Made by a program: the position numbers and the translations under genes
Shown here: positions 11,971 to 22,681 of the stretch, one piece after another
Numbering within the stretch: the stretch's first letter is position 1
How the letters are laid out: every line of letters begins with the position of its first letter
Notes under the pieces: model-generated
Told to the model about the DNA's origin: nothing
The model's database searches: none
Seen by the model: only the letters and a program-made list of their open reading frames with translations
Origin: Catajapyx aquilonaris
Taxonomy: Eukaryota
Length of the DNA stretch: 30,204 bases
Assembly: GCA_000934665.2 (NCBI GenBank)
Contig: KZ538603.1
Location: 124,001-154,204, forward strand
Direction: 5' to 3'

Positions 11971-12283
11971 TAGCTGTGGGGACCTGAAAATTCCACTTTT
12001 CGAAGCTAGTGTAAACTAACCTAACCTAACCTAACCTACCCTACCCTACCCTACCCTACCCTACCCTACCCTACCTTACCCTACCTAATCTACCCTACCC
12101 TAACTCACCTAGGCTGAGAAAAATGGACTTCTGTGAAACCCTACGAATGAAAATAGTGGGGACATGTCCCCACTATTTTTTCACGTCCCCACTGTAATAG
12201 TAGTACACAGCGCGTGTGTGCATGAGTGGGGACCTGAAAATGTCCCCACAATTAAATTGTGGGGACACACGTCCCCACAGCTA
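11971..12283. mobile_element. Unclassified MITE-like repeat carrying a (CCTAA)n/(CCCTA)n tract
   Basis: 13-bp perfect inverted repeat tagctgtggggac/gtccccacagcta, several internal gtggggac...gtccccac palindromes, and a pentamer array at ~12014-12111. Confidence 0.65.
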
Positions 12284-12731
12284 TATTAAATTCACAAAAA
12301 CACACAAACTTCCGTCCCCTGAGCTAATTGAAGACCTGTACACACTTGTGAATTGTCCTGTTGAATCCATCGTTCTCGTAATCAGTGTCCTTTTTTGCCA
12401 ATCTGCTGAAGACTCACTGTGTCATTCACGTCATTGCCACTAATACAAAGGACAATTGTTTTTTTTAGATAAGATTATCAGAGTGACCAACTGTCTTGCA
12501 ACAAATCTCCAGAAAATATAACACGGGCTATTTTGCAGGCAACATTTAGACCCCATACTCTATGCCTTTTTCGGAAAAGGGCGCGGCTTCCGCTGCAGGA
12601 AATTAATCTCCTACTGTCTACCTTTGCAAAAAAAATCTATAACTTCAATGGGGGGGGTTACATGTAAAGTGAAAATGAAAGAGTCTAAACAATAATTCTT
12701 CTTTTCCACAGCTGCAGCCACCATCACCGAA

Positions 12732-12864
12732 ATGTCGCTTTCGCTGCGAATCAGTCTTGTGGAGAGCAATGTCACCAAGACAATGCAATTTGACTCCACA
12801 ACAACTGTGTATGATGCCTGCCGAATTATTCGAGAGAAGATCTCAGAAGCCAATCTTGGCCAGC
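12732..12864 (+). CDS. rhea: Talin, first visible coding exon (N-terminal part of F0 subdomain)
   Basis: Encodes MSLSLRISLVESNVTKTMQFDSTTTVYDACRIIREKISEANLGQ, matching the talin N-terminus (human TLN1 MVALSLKISIGNVVKTMQFEPSTMVYDACRIIRERI). Polypyrimidine acceptor ttcttcttttccacag ends at 12711, so the exon starts at 12712 with 20 nt before the ATG. Donor C|gtaagt at 12864/12865, phase 1. Confidence 0.96.
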
Positions 12865-14692
12865 GTAAGTACAGCCGCATAGCATTGCTAAGCAGACTTT
12901 ACAATTACGAAATAATATTAAGAATAGCTGGACAGTGCTGACCTCGGATCAAGTAGCCCCGTCAGAAAATTGTCATTAGCATGTAGCGTCAGATAAGTTC
13001 GTTGCTGTTTGATACTGTTCCTTTCGATAAGCAGCAGTGCTTATAGTTATCTGAAGACTGTCGACACCACCAAAAGGTAAGGTAGAATGAGCGAGGATAT
13101 ATGAATGAAATGAAACGGAATGACCGTCGCAAGGCCCACGTTGTAGCAGGTAAGAGGTTGGCACCACTGTGTGAAGGTTAGCCGAGACAGTCCTGCTAAA
13201 ATTCAAAGAATTTTATTACTGTCTCGTTACTGAAAAGTGTGGGAGTGAAGCGAGCCTAAAATTGGCATTTTCTTTCATGCCAGAGGTTAAAAGGATGTAT
13301 CCCATCAGGATCGCTTTTGCCGTGGACCGTCACAATCTTTAGTGGCAGTTGTTCTTACCAGCATAATAATGTAAGATGAAAAAGCGAAACTCAGTTTTGT
13401 CTATATATTTTGGTAACATGGAAATCTGCATTTCAAAGTCGCAATTTTGTAATTTTTCAATTGAAAATCGTTACTGGAGGTATCCTGCTAGGCACGGATA
13501 ATTTTATTTAATTTTTATGTACCGTAACTATTAGGTGACGCGCAATTTTTTCGAGTTGCAAAATGTTCTGTTAAAGTGATATGAAATAAATGAATATGCA
13601 ACAATGGTTACACATTCAGACCCCTACAAATGGGATGAAGCAATGGGGAACCATGATTTTGGACATAATATTTCATAAATTCCAGTTTTAGTGACCAATT
13701 GGCAATTCTAAAAATCATAATCATCATCCATTATCCATCATCCATGAGAAAACTTTTCTCGGATTCCTGGCGCCTCCCACGGCGATTATACTGTAAATAA
13801 GAAAAATAAAAAAAAAATAAGAACTTTCACGTGCGGATTTCCGCAATACCGTAACACGAGCTGCAATTTACCAGAGGAGTGGGACATTCCGACATTCCGG
13901 CAAAAACCTGCCAAATTGACCTCAGATTTACCTGATTTTCCAACCCATCGAATTTACCTCAAAAATATACTGTTCAGTAACTTATTTTGTACTTATACAC
14001 AAAATGTAGAAAATAGGCCAACATGAATGGCTCAATTAAAAGTTTGACCCATATAGTAGATGAGTACAAGGGCATTTAAAACTAGCCTACTAACAGGTTA
14101 TACAAAAACGTTTCGATATGGATGGAGATTTTGAGTTATAATACCGTGTCAGGTCAACCAGCATTATGCAGGATTATGTTCCCCCTTACCTACATATTTA
14201 CCTTGACGTAAAAGCCGATCAATCTGCTGGGCATAGAACTTATCTCGACCTGGGGTACTACTTCAGCTTGTAGAGCAGTGCCGTCAACTGCTCATTCGTA
14301 TCAGGTGACATCTTCAAGTATTTCCTAAAATAGTTCCCTCGACCAGGATTTTCTCCTGCTTGAGTAGTGCTCATCACTGGGTTCTAAGCAGGAAAAGGCA
14401 GTTTCAGTATGAGAATGGCAACGCAGGAGCTGTCATTTTCCATATTTATAAAATTTAGTTGCGTTTCTAGTACAAGTATAATACAGTCTATAAAAATTGG
14501 ACTTTGTATTTTATTGTATGTACTTTTTATAATTTTTTTTGGGCATAAATATAAATTTTTTTATTTATTTACCATACCCCGAATAAATATATAAATAAAA
14601 GCAATTCCTTTCAGCCACCAGTGTTAACGTCGCAGTTTCTGTCATCGGGACACACAATATGCATCCCCACCATATAGGCTACTTTAGTTTTA

Positions 14693-15619
14693 CAGTAAAG
14701 TTGGACACCTTAATAAGTTGGCTACCTCCCTATGCTGGACATTATTTTTTGGATCCGTTGGAAAAGCCTATCCCTCGCAATGTTGGAGACCTGTCTATCT
14801 TGGAAGTTGGACACTTTCCCCTGTTACGTTGGACACGTGCAGTACATATTTTCACATTTACTCTACATGTATTCGCGTTTTTGTCTAAAAACCTGAGCCA
14901 TGCTGAACACTGACATAATGTGTGAAGCATGCCTTCTGATTAAACCAGTCAATTGTTACCAGTTAATGAACCAAAAAGTAGGCCAGTATCAGAAATTGCA
15001 TGTGCACTGTGGTGCTGTACTGTACCGAAAATAAGTGAATATTCTTGGAAGTTGATTACTGGATGCATACTGCCCAGTACTTGCTCGTACATTACTGTAC
15101 AGCACTGTGAGGCACGTTACACGGCAGCTTTGTATCGCTTTTCAGGGAGCCGCTTCGCGTAGAGCGATTCATCGCTGTCGTGTAACTTGTGCTAAATCGC
15201 TTCAAAACTCGAAGCGACGTTCGCTAGCGCATTAAGATAAACTACCATGTACAATCGCTTCAGGGGATTACTTGGATTAGTCTTTGCAGCTACTGGGATC
15301 GCAAAAAAAAACAACGACATAACCGATAAATAGGCAACGCTGCTCCCAATCACTCCCAACTCCAGACGCGGCGGGAGTTGGAAGAAGGTGGGGGAGGTGG
15401 GCTAAGGCGCTCCAAGGGCTCGAGATCGTGTAACTCCCTACCAAAAGCGCTCAGAATTAACTCGGTTTAAGGGGAAGCGATACAAACCTGCCATGTAAGA
15501 TGTAACGTGCCTCTTATGAAACCCGAGAGATTGAAATCCTAATATGTTGGACACCTCTCTATGTTGGACATTTACCTTGGAGCCGTCGCGTCAGTGTCCA
15601 ACATAGTCGGGTTTCACTG
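14693..15619. mobile_element. pogo/Tigger-type MITE, copy 1
   Basis: TA|cagtaaag...gtttcactg|TA ends with repeated gttggacac subterminal motifs; homologous to the host portions of 21998-23993. Confidence 0.82.
15109..15513. mobile_element. PIF/Harbinger-like MITE nested in the pogo MITE
   Basis: TIR gaggcacgttaca/tgtaacgtgcctc, extending imperfectly to ~32 bp. Absent at the equivalent site of copy 2 (gcactatgaaacc, ~22647-22659). TSD ambiguous. Confidence 0.72.
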
Positions 15620-15621
15620 TA

Positions 15622-15782
15622 CAGTAAAATCTCGTTTTAGCGAATACCAATACAACGAAATATCAATGTAACGCAATAAAAATAAAATTTTGGTTGGCCA
15701 GCCGTAAGAGCACTGTAATTGTATTCCCGTTAAAATTACGAAATGCGTTACTACGAAATTTTCAGTACAACGAATACGAAAT
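15622..15782. mobile_element. Truncated pogo/Tigger-like MITE fragment
   Basis: TA|cagtaaaatctcgttttagcgaa... start with repeated (t)acaacgaa motifs; shares the TA at 15620-15621 with the previous element. No right TIR seen. Confidence 0.5.
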
Positions 15783-15809
15783 GTGGTTCCCGGGCTAGTA
15801 TTGAACCAT

Positions 15810-16553
15810 GTATTATTGTTAATCCGGGTAGTGCTTTCGCCCCTCTTGGGGTATATCACACGGACCTTTATTATTATACTGTGTACATTGTACTTGTACA
15901 AATGGAACCTTTATGAGAAGCGCCCTGGTCCGAGGGCAGGGTGACTGGGAGGGGATGTGCAAGGTGCAGTGCAATGTCGGTCCTTTGGTCATTTTGTGAA
16001 CTCCCACGGGTGGTTAGTCTCAAGGAATCCCACCCGAGACGGAGCCAGAGACGACCCAACTCTGCACCAGATGAACGGGGGAATGCCCGGGCTAGATCGA
16101 ACCCGGGACCCTTATGGGTCTGTCACACAGGCGTTCCGTGCGCTTCGTCGCCCCGCTCGCTTCCCGCGCATGGGTCACACAGGCGAGCGTTGCGCCCCGC
16201 TGTGCCCTAGGGGCCTCGTCGGTCGAGGAAATTGGGGGATTTTGGGGGTGACGCAGCTAAGCAGGACCCTCTCGCTGCGTTTTCCTCCAGAGGCACGTCG
16301 GGCTCCGATTGGCCGGCACCTTTTCCCCCCAGCTGCCCACCCCAACCACCCCTGCCATCTTGACCCACTTGTCCCCCGAGGCGAGGTCGCCTTTCACTTC
16401 TGCTAAACCCTACGACCGAGTCAGCGCATGTCTGACAAGTTTGGGCACAGCGATCGCAGCGACATTTTTCGAGGCGAGCGAACGGAACGCCTGTCTGACA
16501 GACCCATTACATTCGTGGGCGCATACGTTACCGTAGCGCCACTCCGCCTCTCC
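15810..16553 (-). mobile_element. tRNA-derived SINE, family B, interrupted by a MITE
   Basis: Core ~15948-16111 is homologous to ~29528-29692 and includes the B-box (gatcgaaccc on +). The head resumes at 16510 (cattcgtgggcgcatacgttaccgt, compare 29697-29721). Ends approximate; TSD not found. Confidence 0.75.
16115..16506. mobile_element. PIF/Harbinger-type MITE with TTA TSD
   Basis: ~30-bp TIR tgggtctgtcacacaggcgttccgtgcgc versus reverse complement tgggtctgtcagacaggcgttccgttcgc. TTA at 16112-16114 and 16507-16509. Confidence 0.85.
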
Positions 16554-16713
16554 CGTGCATAGGCTACTTGTCTTTTGAAAGAAACTACATACCCATTCCT
16601 CCTCAAATGCCAATAGTATGCTGGGAGATAAGTGAGAATTATTGGCTGCATTCTATTTATTTATCGTACATACCATCGCAATATACAGATTGATCACCAT
16701 CAGTCGGCCTATA

Positions 16714-16980
16714 CAGTGGCGGACAAAGTGGATTTCAGAGGTGCAGCAAACGCCGCAGAAAAGGACCCCACCCCCTATGACCCCCCCCCCCCCCCCNTCC
16801 ACTATTAATAGTCTTCTTCTCTCTTTTCCTCTCTTCTCTCTTCCTCTCTTCTCTCTTCTTCTCTTCTTCTTCTTCTCTCTTCTTCTTCTTCTCTCTCCTT
16901 CTCACCCGCCCCGCCAGGGACCCCACCCCCTCGGGAGGTGCAGCGACCGCTGCACCTTGACATAGGTTTGGCCGCCACTG
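16714..16980. mobile_element. hAT MITE with internal poly-C and CT-rich low-complexity tract
   Basis: TIR cagtggcgg/ccgccactg with a perfect 8-bp TSD ggcctata (16706-16713, 16981-16988). Confidence 0.9.
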
Positions 16981-17005
16981 GGCCTATACTGTTCATATTG
17001 CAGCA

Positions 17006-18049
17006 CTAGCACTCCAGCAGGTTACCCGGCGTTGCCCGGGTATGTTGGGGGTGCTGGTAAAGGTAGGGGTACATACAGGCCTACAGTATTTTCGGAAGTG
17101 AGTTTGTTTGTAAGAATTTCCCTTCCATACACTCGAAACTCGATATGTCTTAAAATAGGCCTTATACGTCGTATATAAGTTACAATAAGCCAACGTTTGT
17201 CACTATCTGTGATAGATTACCTGCTTGTCTTATAGCGTATAGTCGACACAGATATGCTGATTGGGTGTGTAAAAAGAGGAATGCGGATGGAGTTGGCCTG
17301 TAGGAAAAGACTGCACAGCCATGTGTTTTTCCCCCTGCATTTTTGACCTCTTGACCCCGCAACCCCACTTCACACCCCCACCTCGTTCCATATGTTTGCT
17401 TTAAAGAACTTTAGGAATGTACGTACAGATGCATGGTGGGAAATTTTGTTTTCAACGCGAAGTAATATTTGTAAATACTGCATTATTTTATCCCTGTAAT
17501 GCCCACTGGGTCATATCTGGCACACCATTTAGTGCAATTTTTGCAATTTTTATATTTCCTGTAAGTGCCAAATTGCACTAAATGGTGTGCCAGATATGAC
17601 CCAAGGGGCATTACAGGGTTATTGTATTTATTTTTGTCTGGATGTCTACTTTCATATCCCACAAAATCCCGGAATGACCATACGATACGAACTCACGTGA
17701 GGTGGCCAATTAGCGTAATTGGTAGATGCGTTGAATTTACGGCGATGGTTTAATTTGCTAGGTATTGTTGCATAAGGGCATTTCCATGGGAATTCGAATT
17801 GATATATTGTTATTGATGTTGATGTTGATTTAAGTTAATTGTTGAGGCCCGAGTAGTGAGAAGATTGGGGAATATGCGTGTTGTGGGAGTTAGGTTCATT
17901 TTCGGAAGCTGAAACATGCGGCGTTAAATTCCTTGAAAAATGTAACCCCCGATATGCTAATTTAAGGCGGTGTAGGGGCCTTCCCATGTATTTCTATAAG
18001 GGACAAGCACACAAACTCACAAACAAACGAACTAAAATATAGATATAGA
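17006..18049 (-). mobile_element. Non-autonomous Helitron
   Basis: On the minus strand, 5' A|TCTATATCTAT... at 18049 and 3' hairpin CCCGGGCAACGCCGGG (17025-17040) followed by CTAG|T at 17006. A|T insertion site, no TSD. Confidence 0.75.
17492..17618. mobile_element. 127-bp piggyBac-like MITE with TTAT TSD, nested in the Helitron
   Basis: CCCTGTAATGCCC...GGGCATTACAGGG; 49-bp arms with 2 mismatches; TTAT at 17488-17491 and 17619-17622. Confidence 0.82.
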
Positions 18050-18218
18050 TTTCATTTGGTATGATCAATAAATAATACACAAATATGGACGCTTCAATTT
18101 ATTTTCTAACCAGCTAATATGCAGATCTCATTCTGATGCCTATAATATTTTGCTCCAAGCTGTTATTTTTTGTAGCTTGTTGCGCCCCTGTCCAAACGCC
18201 CCTAACCAAAGTGCCATA

Positions 18219-18891
18219 TTTTTCTCGCCATTACCACTATTACCGCACATGAGCTAATCAAGGGGGTCTCTACTTCTACGGTTAGAAAGAGGACAAATTT
18301 CATTAAACGCACCATGCAAAGTAACAAACATTTTTAATAACAATCAACAACAATAGCAATACAATGAGTGTACTCCCGATTATCCGTGCTAAGGAATGTA
18401 CGGGCATGCTCGGATAATCTGAAAGTGGTGGAAAACCCTTTCTTCCGCGTAGTTTTTCTCGCCATTTCTACTATTACCGCACATGAGCTGATCGAGGGGG
18501 TCTCTACTTCTACGGTTAGAAAGAGTACAAATTTCATTAAACGCACCGTGCAAAGTAACAAACATTTTTAATAACAATCAACAACAATAACAATACACTG
18601 AGTGTACTCCCGATTATCCGTGCTAAGGAATGTACGGGCATGCTCGGATAATCTGAAAGTGGTGGAAAACCCTTCTTCCGCGTAGTTTTTCTCGCCATTT
18701 CTACTATTACCGCACATGAGCTGATCGAGGGGGGTCTCTACTTCTACGGTTAGAAACCGGACAAATCATCACAATCCTGCGGAGTAAAAAATAATTTAAT
18801 AATACCAACAAATTTTTAAATAACAATGAACAACAATAATACACCGTACTCTCGATTATCCGTGCTAATGGGTGCACGGGTATGCTCGGAT
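18219..18891. repeat. Tandem repeat, ~234-bp unit, ~3 copies
   Basis: The ctcgccatt anchor recurs at 18224, 18458 and 18691 (periods 234 and 233). The third copy diverges after ~18756. Confidence 0.95.
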
Positions 18892-19891
18892 ACTACATTA
18901 CTGTAAACTGTGGAGTCAGACGGCCCAAAAGTGATGCGTAAGCCTACTTTTGGGATTTTCTATGAGAGTGCTAATTGTGCTTTTTGGTTAATTATGATTA
19001 ATCAAAAAGGACAATTAGCACTTGGGGCCGCAAGGAAAGAGGGGCCCCACCGGGCCCCACAGATTTGCCTTTTTTTTCCAATGCCAAAAGATTTACAATG
19101 AACCACGATACAAATGTTGTAGCTGAACCAGCCTTCCTCTTGGTCTCATAAGTGACAGGTTGTAAAATAGGAGAGCTCCTCTTCTTGGAAGCTGGGACAA
19201 TTCGGAGGGGGGTGTCTCGTCCATGCATCATTTTGATTTTGAGGAAGTTTCCCTCTTCTTTGTACAATACTCGAATAATTCAAGCATGGCTATTACACAA
19301 AGAAGAATTAAGTTATTGTTTATTTTTAAGGATGCAAAGCAAGTTGTCTTGCCTTTATTGAGGGTGACCTCATTCCTATACTGTCCCTTCAAGGCTGAAA
19401 CCAGACAGTTTAAATGCCGTATTGTAAATATGACCTATCGTTATTAATGCAGCAAACTCGTTCAATGTATTGGCCTCATATTTACTCTGCTTTCTTTACA
19501 CTAGCATTAAATGCATTTCATCCCCAACTTGGCTCAACACCGTCGCCTTGGTGATGGTCTTCGTCAAGCGAGCTCTTTACAAGTTGTTTACTTTTTGTAT
19601 ACACTGTATGATTGTAGATATCTAATACATATTTCAAGACCTATGTCTCTCTGTCTTTTGTCCGCTATGCAAATCCATACGGAGGCCTCGACATACTCCC
19701 GAGGGGATTGATTAGGGGTAGTTTTTTACCGGGGATGACATAAGCACATTGGAATTGACCTCCGAGGTCATCCTTGGCCCCAGGAGGCGAAAAGGACTTT
19801 CGAACACTCTTCTAATAATGAGCAATTGGCAGTAAACATCACCTGTCTTGGGTTACCGCGGCAACCACTGACTGCAAACGCCATAATTCGG

Positions 19892-20009
19892 NNNNNNNNN
19901 NNNNNNNNNNNNNNNNNNNNNNNNNNNNNNNNNNNNNNNNNNNNNNNNNNNNNNNNNNNNNNNNNNNNNNNNNNNNNNNNNNNNNNNNNNNNNNNNNNNN
20001 NNNNNNNNN
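19892..20009. other. Assembly gap (118 N)
   Basis: Run of N; further Ns at 16797 and 23460-23463. Confidence 0.99.
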
Positions 20010-20934
20010 AAAAAAACCTTCCCACTGCAACGACGTTCCATCGCGGTCAACAAGCAGTTCCATAATCTACACCGGCGCATTAGCAAAAAAAAAAAAACGG
20101 TAACAATGAAGCCCTTGGAGGCAACCTAAACAAACTCGCTTATGCATGGGCATTGGGCAGCATATGGGGATTCGACATGTCCACGCTTCTGCGGCCGTAC
20201 AGGCGCAAAAATGATGCAATGGACACAGACATTACACCAAAAAATTAGGACATGATCTGGCGCAGGGCACCTTCGGCGTCATTTTCCCATTTTCGGCCTA
20301 GAAGTGACCTTTTCATCGAGTTGAAGTGAAAGGAGAATGGCGTTCCCCAAAAGGCCATTCGAATGGCGGCAGGAACGCGACAAAGTCGGGAACGCTTCTG
20401 CGCCCGTATGTCCACAATTTTAATGCATTCATATCGAGTATCAGTATGGTACCATACAGTAAAGGCCAAACCTTTGCGCAGGACACCTTCTTCGTGTTTT
20501 TTCCGATTAACGGTGGGTTTCGCCACAAAATTTTTAAATTCCCTGAAAAATGCACCTACCGTATTTTTACTAATGCGCCGCCTTAACCTTAATGTGGTGG
20601 TGGGCCTTGAGTACTCCAGCGACCCCATAGCTGCCTGCTGGCACAGTCATCCAGGCCAGATTGGCCATTTTGGGGTTGGGGAGTGACTAAGAGAGGTGCC
20701 GGTCTTTCAATGCTATTCTACATTTACTGCACAACCTTCAATTTTTCATTTCAATCTTTTGCTGGATTTTTAAGGCGTATTGTGTACTCTCTTACAATCT
20801 GACATCCGCAGTTTGGTGTTTGGACTTCATGCACATGCAATATGCTCCATGTTACAGGTATGCCAACATTGTATAGCCATAATTATTTCAAAGGTTACTA
20901 CTAAATCAATGACTTACACCTACATGGAAAAGTC

Positions 20935-20969
20935 TTTCATAACCCGAGCAACGCCGGGTATCCTGCTAG
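20935..20969 (+). mobile_element. Helitron 3' terminus (5' end not located)
   Basis: Hairpin cccgagcaacgccggg followed by tatcctgCTAG|T, the same motif as 17006-17040 in the opposite orientation. Confidence 0.7.
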
Positions 20970-21711
20970 TACTATATATATATGTCATCATGTCATTGTT
21001 ATCATCCTCATAACGTTCATTAAGGGTCTTCGTGACCTGACCAGTCACCAGAGGTGTCATTAGGTCGGTCTTAACGAGATGGCCAGGTAATACCTGGACA
21101 CCACTGGCTACCCCTCTATGGTAATTAATGCCGTGAAGAAGTGTATGTATTAAATGCATTTACTTTTATTAATTACATCAGTATTTTCTTACAAATACGT
21201 TCAATTTATGTACGTACTTGTGGGGATTCCATCCTGCCTTGATGGAAGGTAGGGTTAACTGCTGGTAGGGGCGCAATACTTGCCCTGCCCCGGGCGCTGG
21301 CATCCCACGCCACGCCACTGGTACAGGGTACCCCTAACTCCTGCCAAATTCGGTCAGCCGATATGAAAGTCCTTCCGTAAATTGTTTCTAAAACGTAACA
21401 GATTTGCAAACTACTAGTTTATCTTCAAATGAGGCCGTGATGGTGGCCTAGAGCGTCTAACATCACAACATTCCACCTCAGTTCTCGAGTCCGATCTCGG
21501 GTCGGATGGAGAACCTTCCCAGGAAGTGGAAAAGAGTTTCGATGAAATTATCCCCGTGCTCGCATGAGTTTCCTGGAAGTTGTCCCGCTTCCTTCCGTGG
21601 CAATTAAAATCCAACAACAGCGCAGGTAATAAATAATAGAACCTGGTCATAAGTGAGGATGCCCTAAAAGGCCATCAGGCCTATATCACAGGGTGACCAA
21701 TAATAATCATA

Positions 21712-21985
21712 GTAATTGAAAACCCCGTGGCAGGCGTACTGGGACCTTTTAGGGTATCTTTTATTGATCTGACTTTATTACATCTACTCCGTTGCTGCTG
21801 TTGATGGCTTTTGATTGTGGGAGGAATCGGGAGAACCTCGGGGGGAAAAAACCCGCGCAAATACAGAAAGAACCTATCAAAGCCTTTACCTCATGAGAAG
21901 AATGCTCTGTAGGATCTATATAGGGATCGAACAGGGGACCTCAGAGAGTGTGGCCGTGACCTAAACCAGCAACGCCGTCATACCC
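21712..21985 (-). mobile_element. Degenerate tRNA-derived SINE, family D, with V-SINE-like central domain
   Basis: ttttgattgtgggaggaatcgggagaacctcgggggg...aacccgcgcaaatacag resembles the reverse complement of the GGTTTCCTCCGG...TTTCCTCCCACA core. B-box remnant gggatcgaac at ~21923-21932 and shared tail motif at 21721-21754. Ends approximate. Confidence 0.6.
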
Positions 21986-22681
21986 ACATTATTATTACAG
22001 TGAAACCTGTCAAGTTGGACACCTCCCTATGTTGGACATTATTTTTAGAACACCTGTCTATCTAGGAAGTTCGACACTTTTTCCCACTGAAGTTGGAGAA
22101 GTACAGCAGTATTTTCGTATTTACTCTAGATGTATTCTCGTTTTCTCTCTCTAAAAACTTGAGCCATGCTGAGCTCTGCATACATTTGTAAAGCATGTCT
22201 TTAATTGACATTGTCGATTGTATTGCAACATCCTGACAATGGAGGATGAATACGGTGGCAATGAAGATGAGGTGCTGAAGCAGGTGTTGCAGGATACACA
22301 AAGTAAATCATCAGAAAATAATGAAGGCGCAGCAATATCTATAGTTGCGACAATAAAAACCCCTTTCATCGGGATGCCCTTGAGTGCATTAAAAATTATC
22401 ACTTCTCATTCTTTAGCATGCCACTCTTATTGACGATATTTTTGCTTTCCAAAAGAAAATAGAAATTTCTCTGATTAAACCAGACACTTGTAACCAATTT
22501 ATTGACCAAGAGGGAGCCAGTTGCAGAAATTGCATGCCGACTGTGCTGTATACTGTACCGAAAATAAGAAGCATGCATTGGAAGTTGATTACTGGATGAT
22601 TACTGTTCATTACTTACTCGTAGGCCTACATTACTGTAGGCCTACTGCACTATGAAACCCGAGATATTGAAATCCTAATAT

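Noticed and set aside
12014..12111. True telomere or chromosome-fusion scar
   Set aside because: The tract is short, degenerate, in one orientation only, and enclosed in an inverted-repeat cassette next to a coding exon.
12865..12941. ORF-track extension of the talin exon (RKYSRIALL...), and MMMMMIFHV... at 28513
   Set aside because: These are read-through into introns beyond canonical splice sites; talin similarity stops at the junctions.
16642..16996. Low-complexity ORFs rich in L/F/S or R/E/K (also poly-N at 24602-24934 and RE/SL repeats at 29728-30110)
   Set aside because: They are translations of microsatellites.
18219..18891. Possible CRISPR-like array
   Set aside because: The units are contiguous ~234-bp duplications with no unique spacers, there are no cas genes, and the context is eukaryotic.
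21049..21320. hAT-like ends (cagaggtgtca..., ...cacgccactg)
   Set aside because: I could not pair them with a matching 8-bp TSD.
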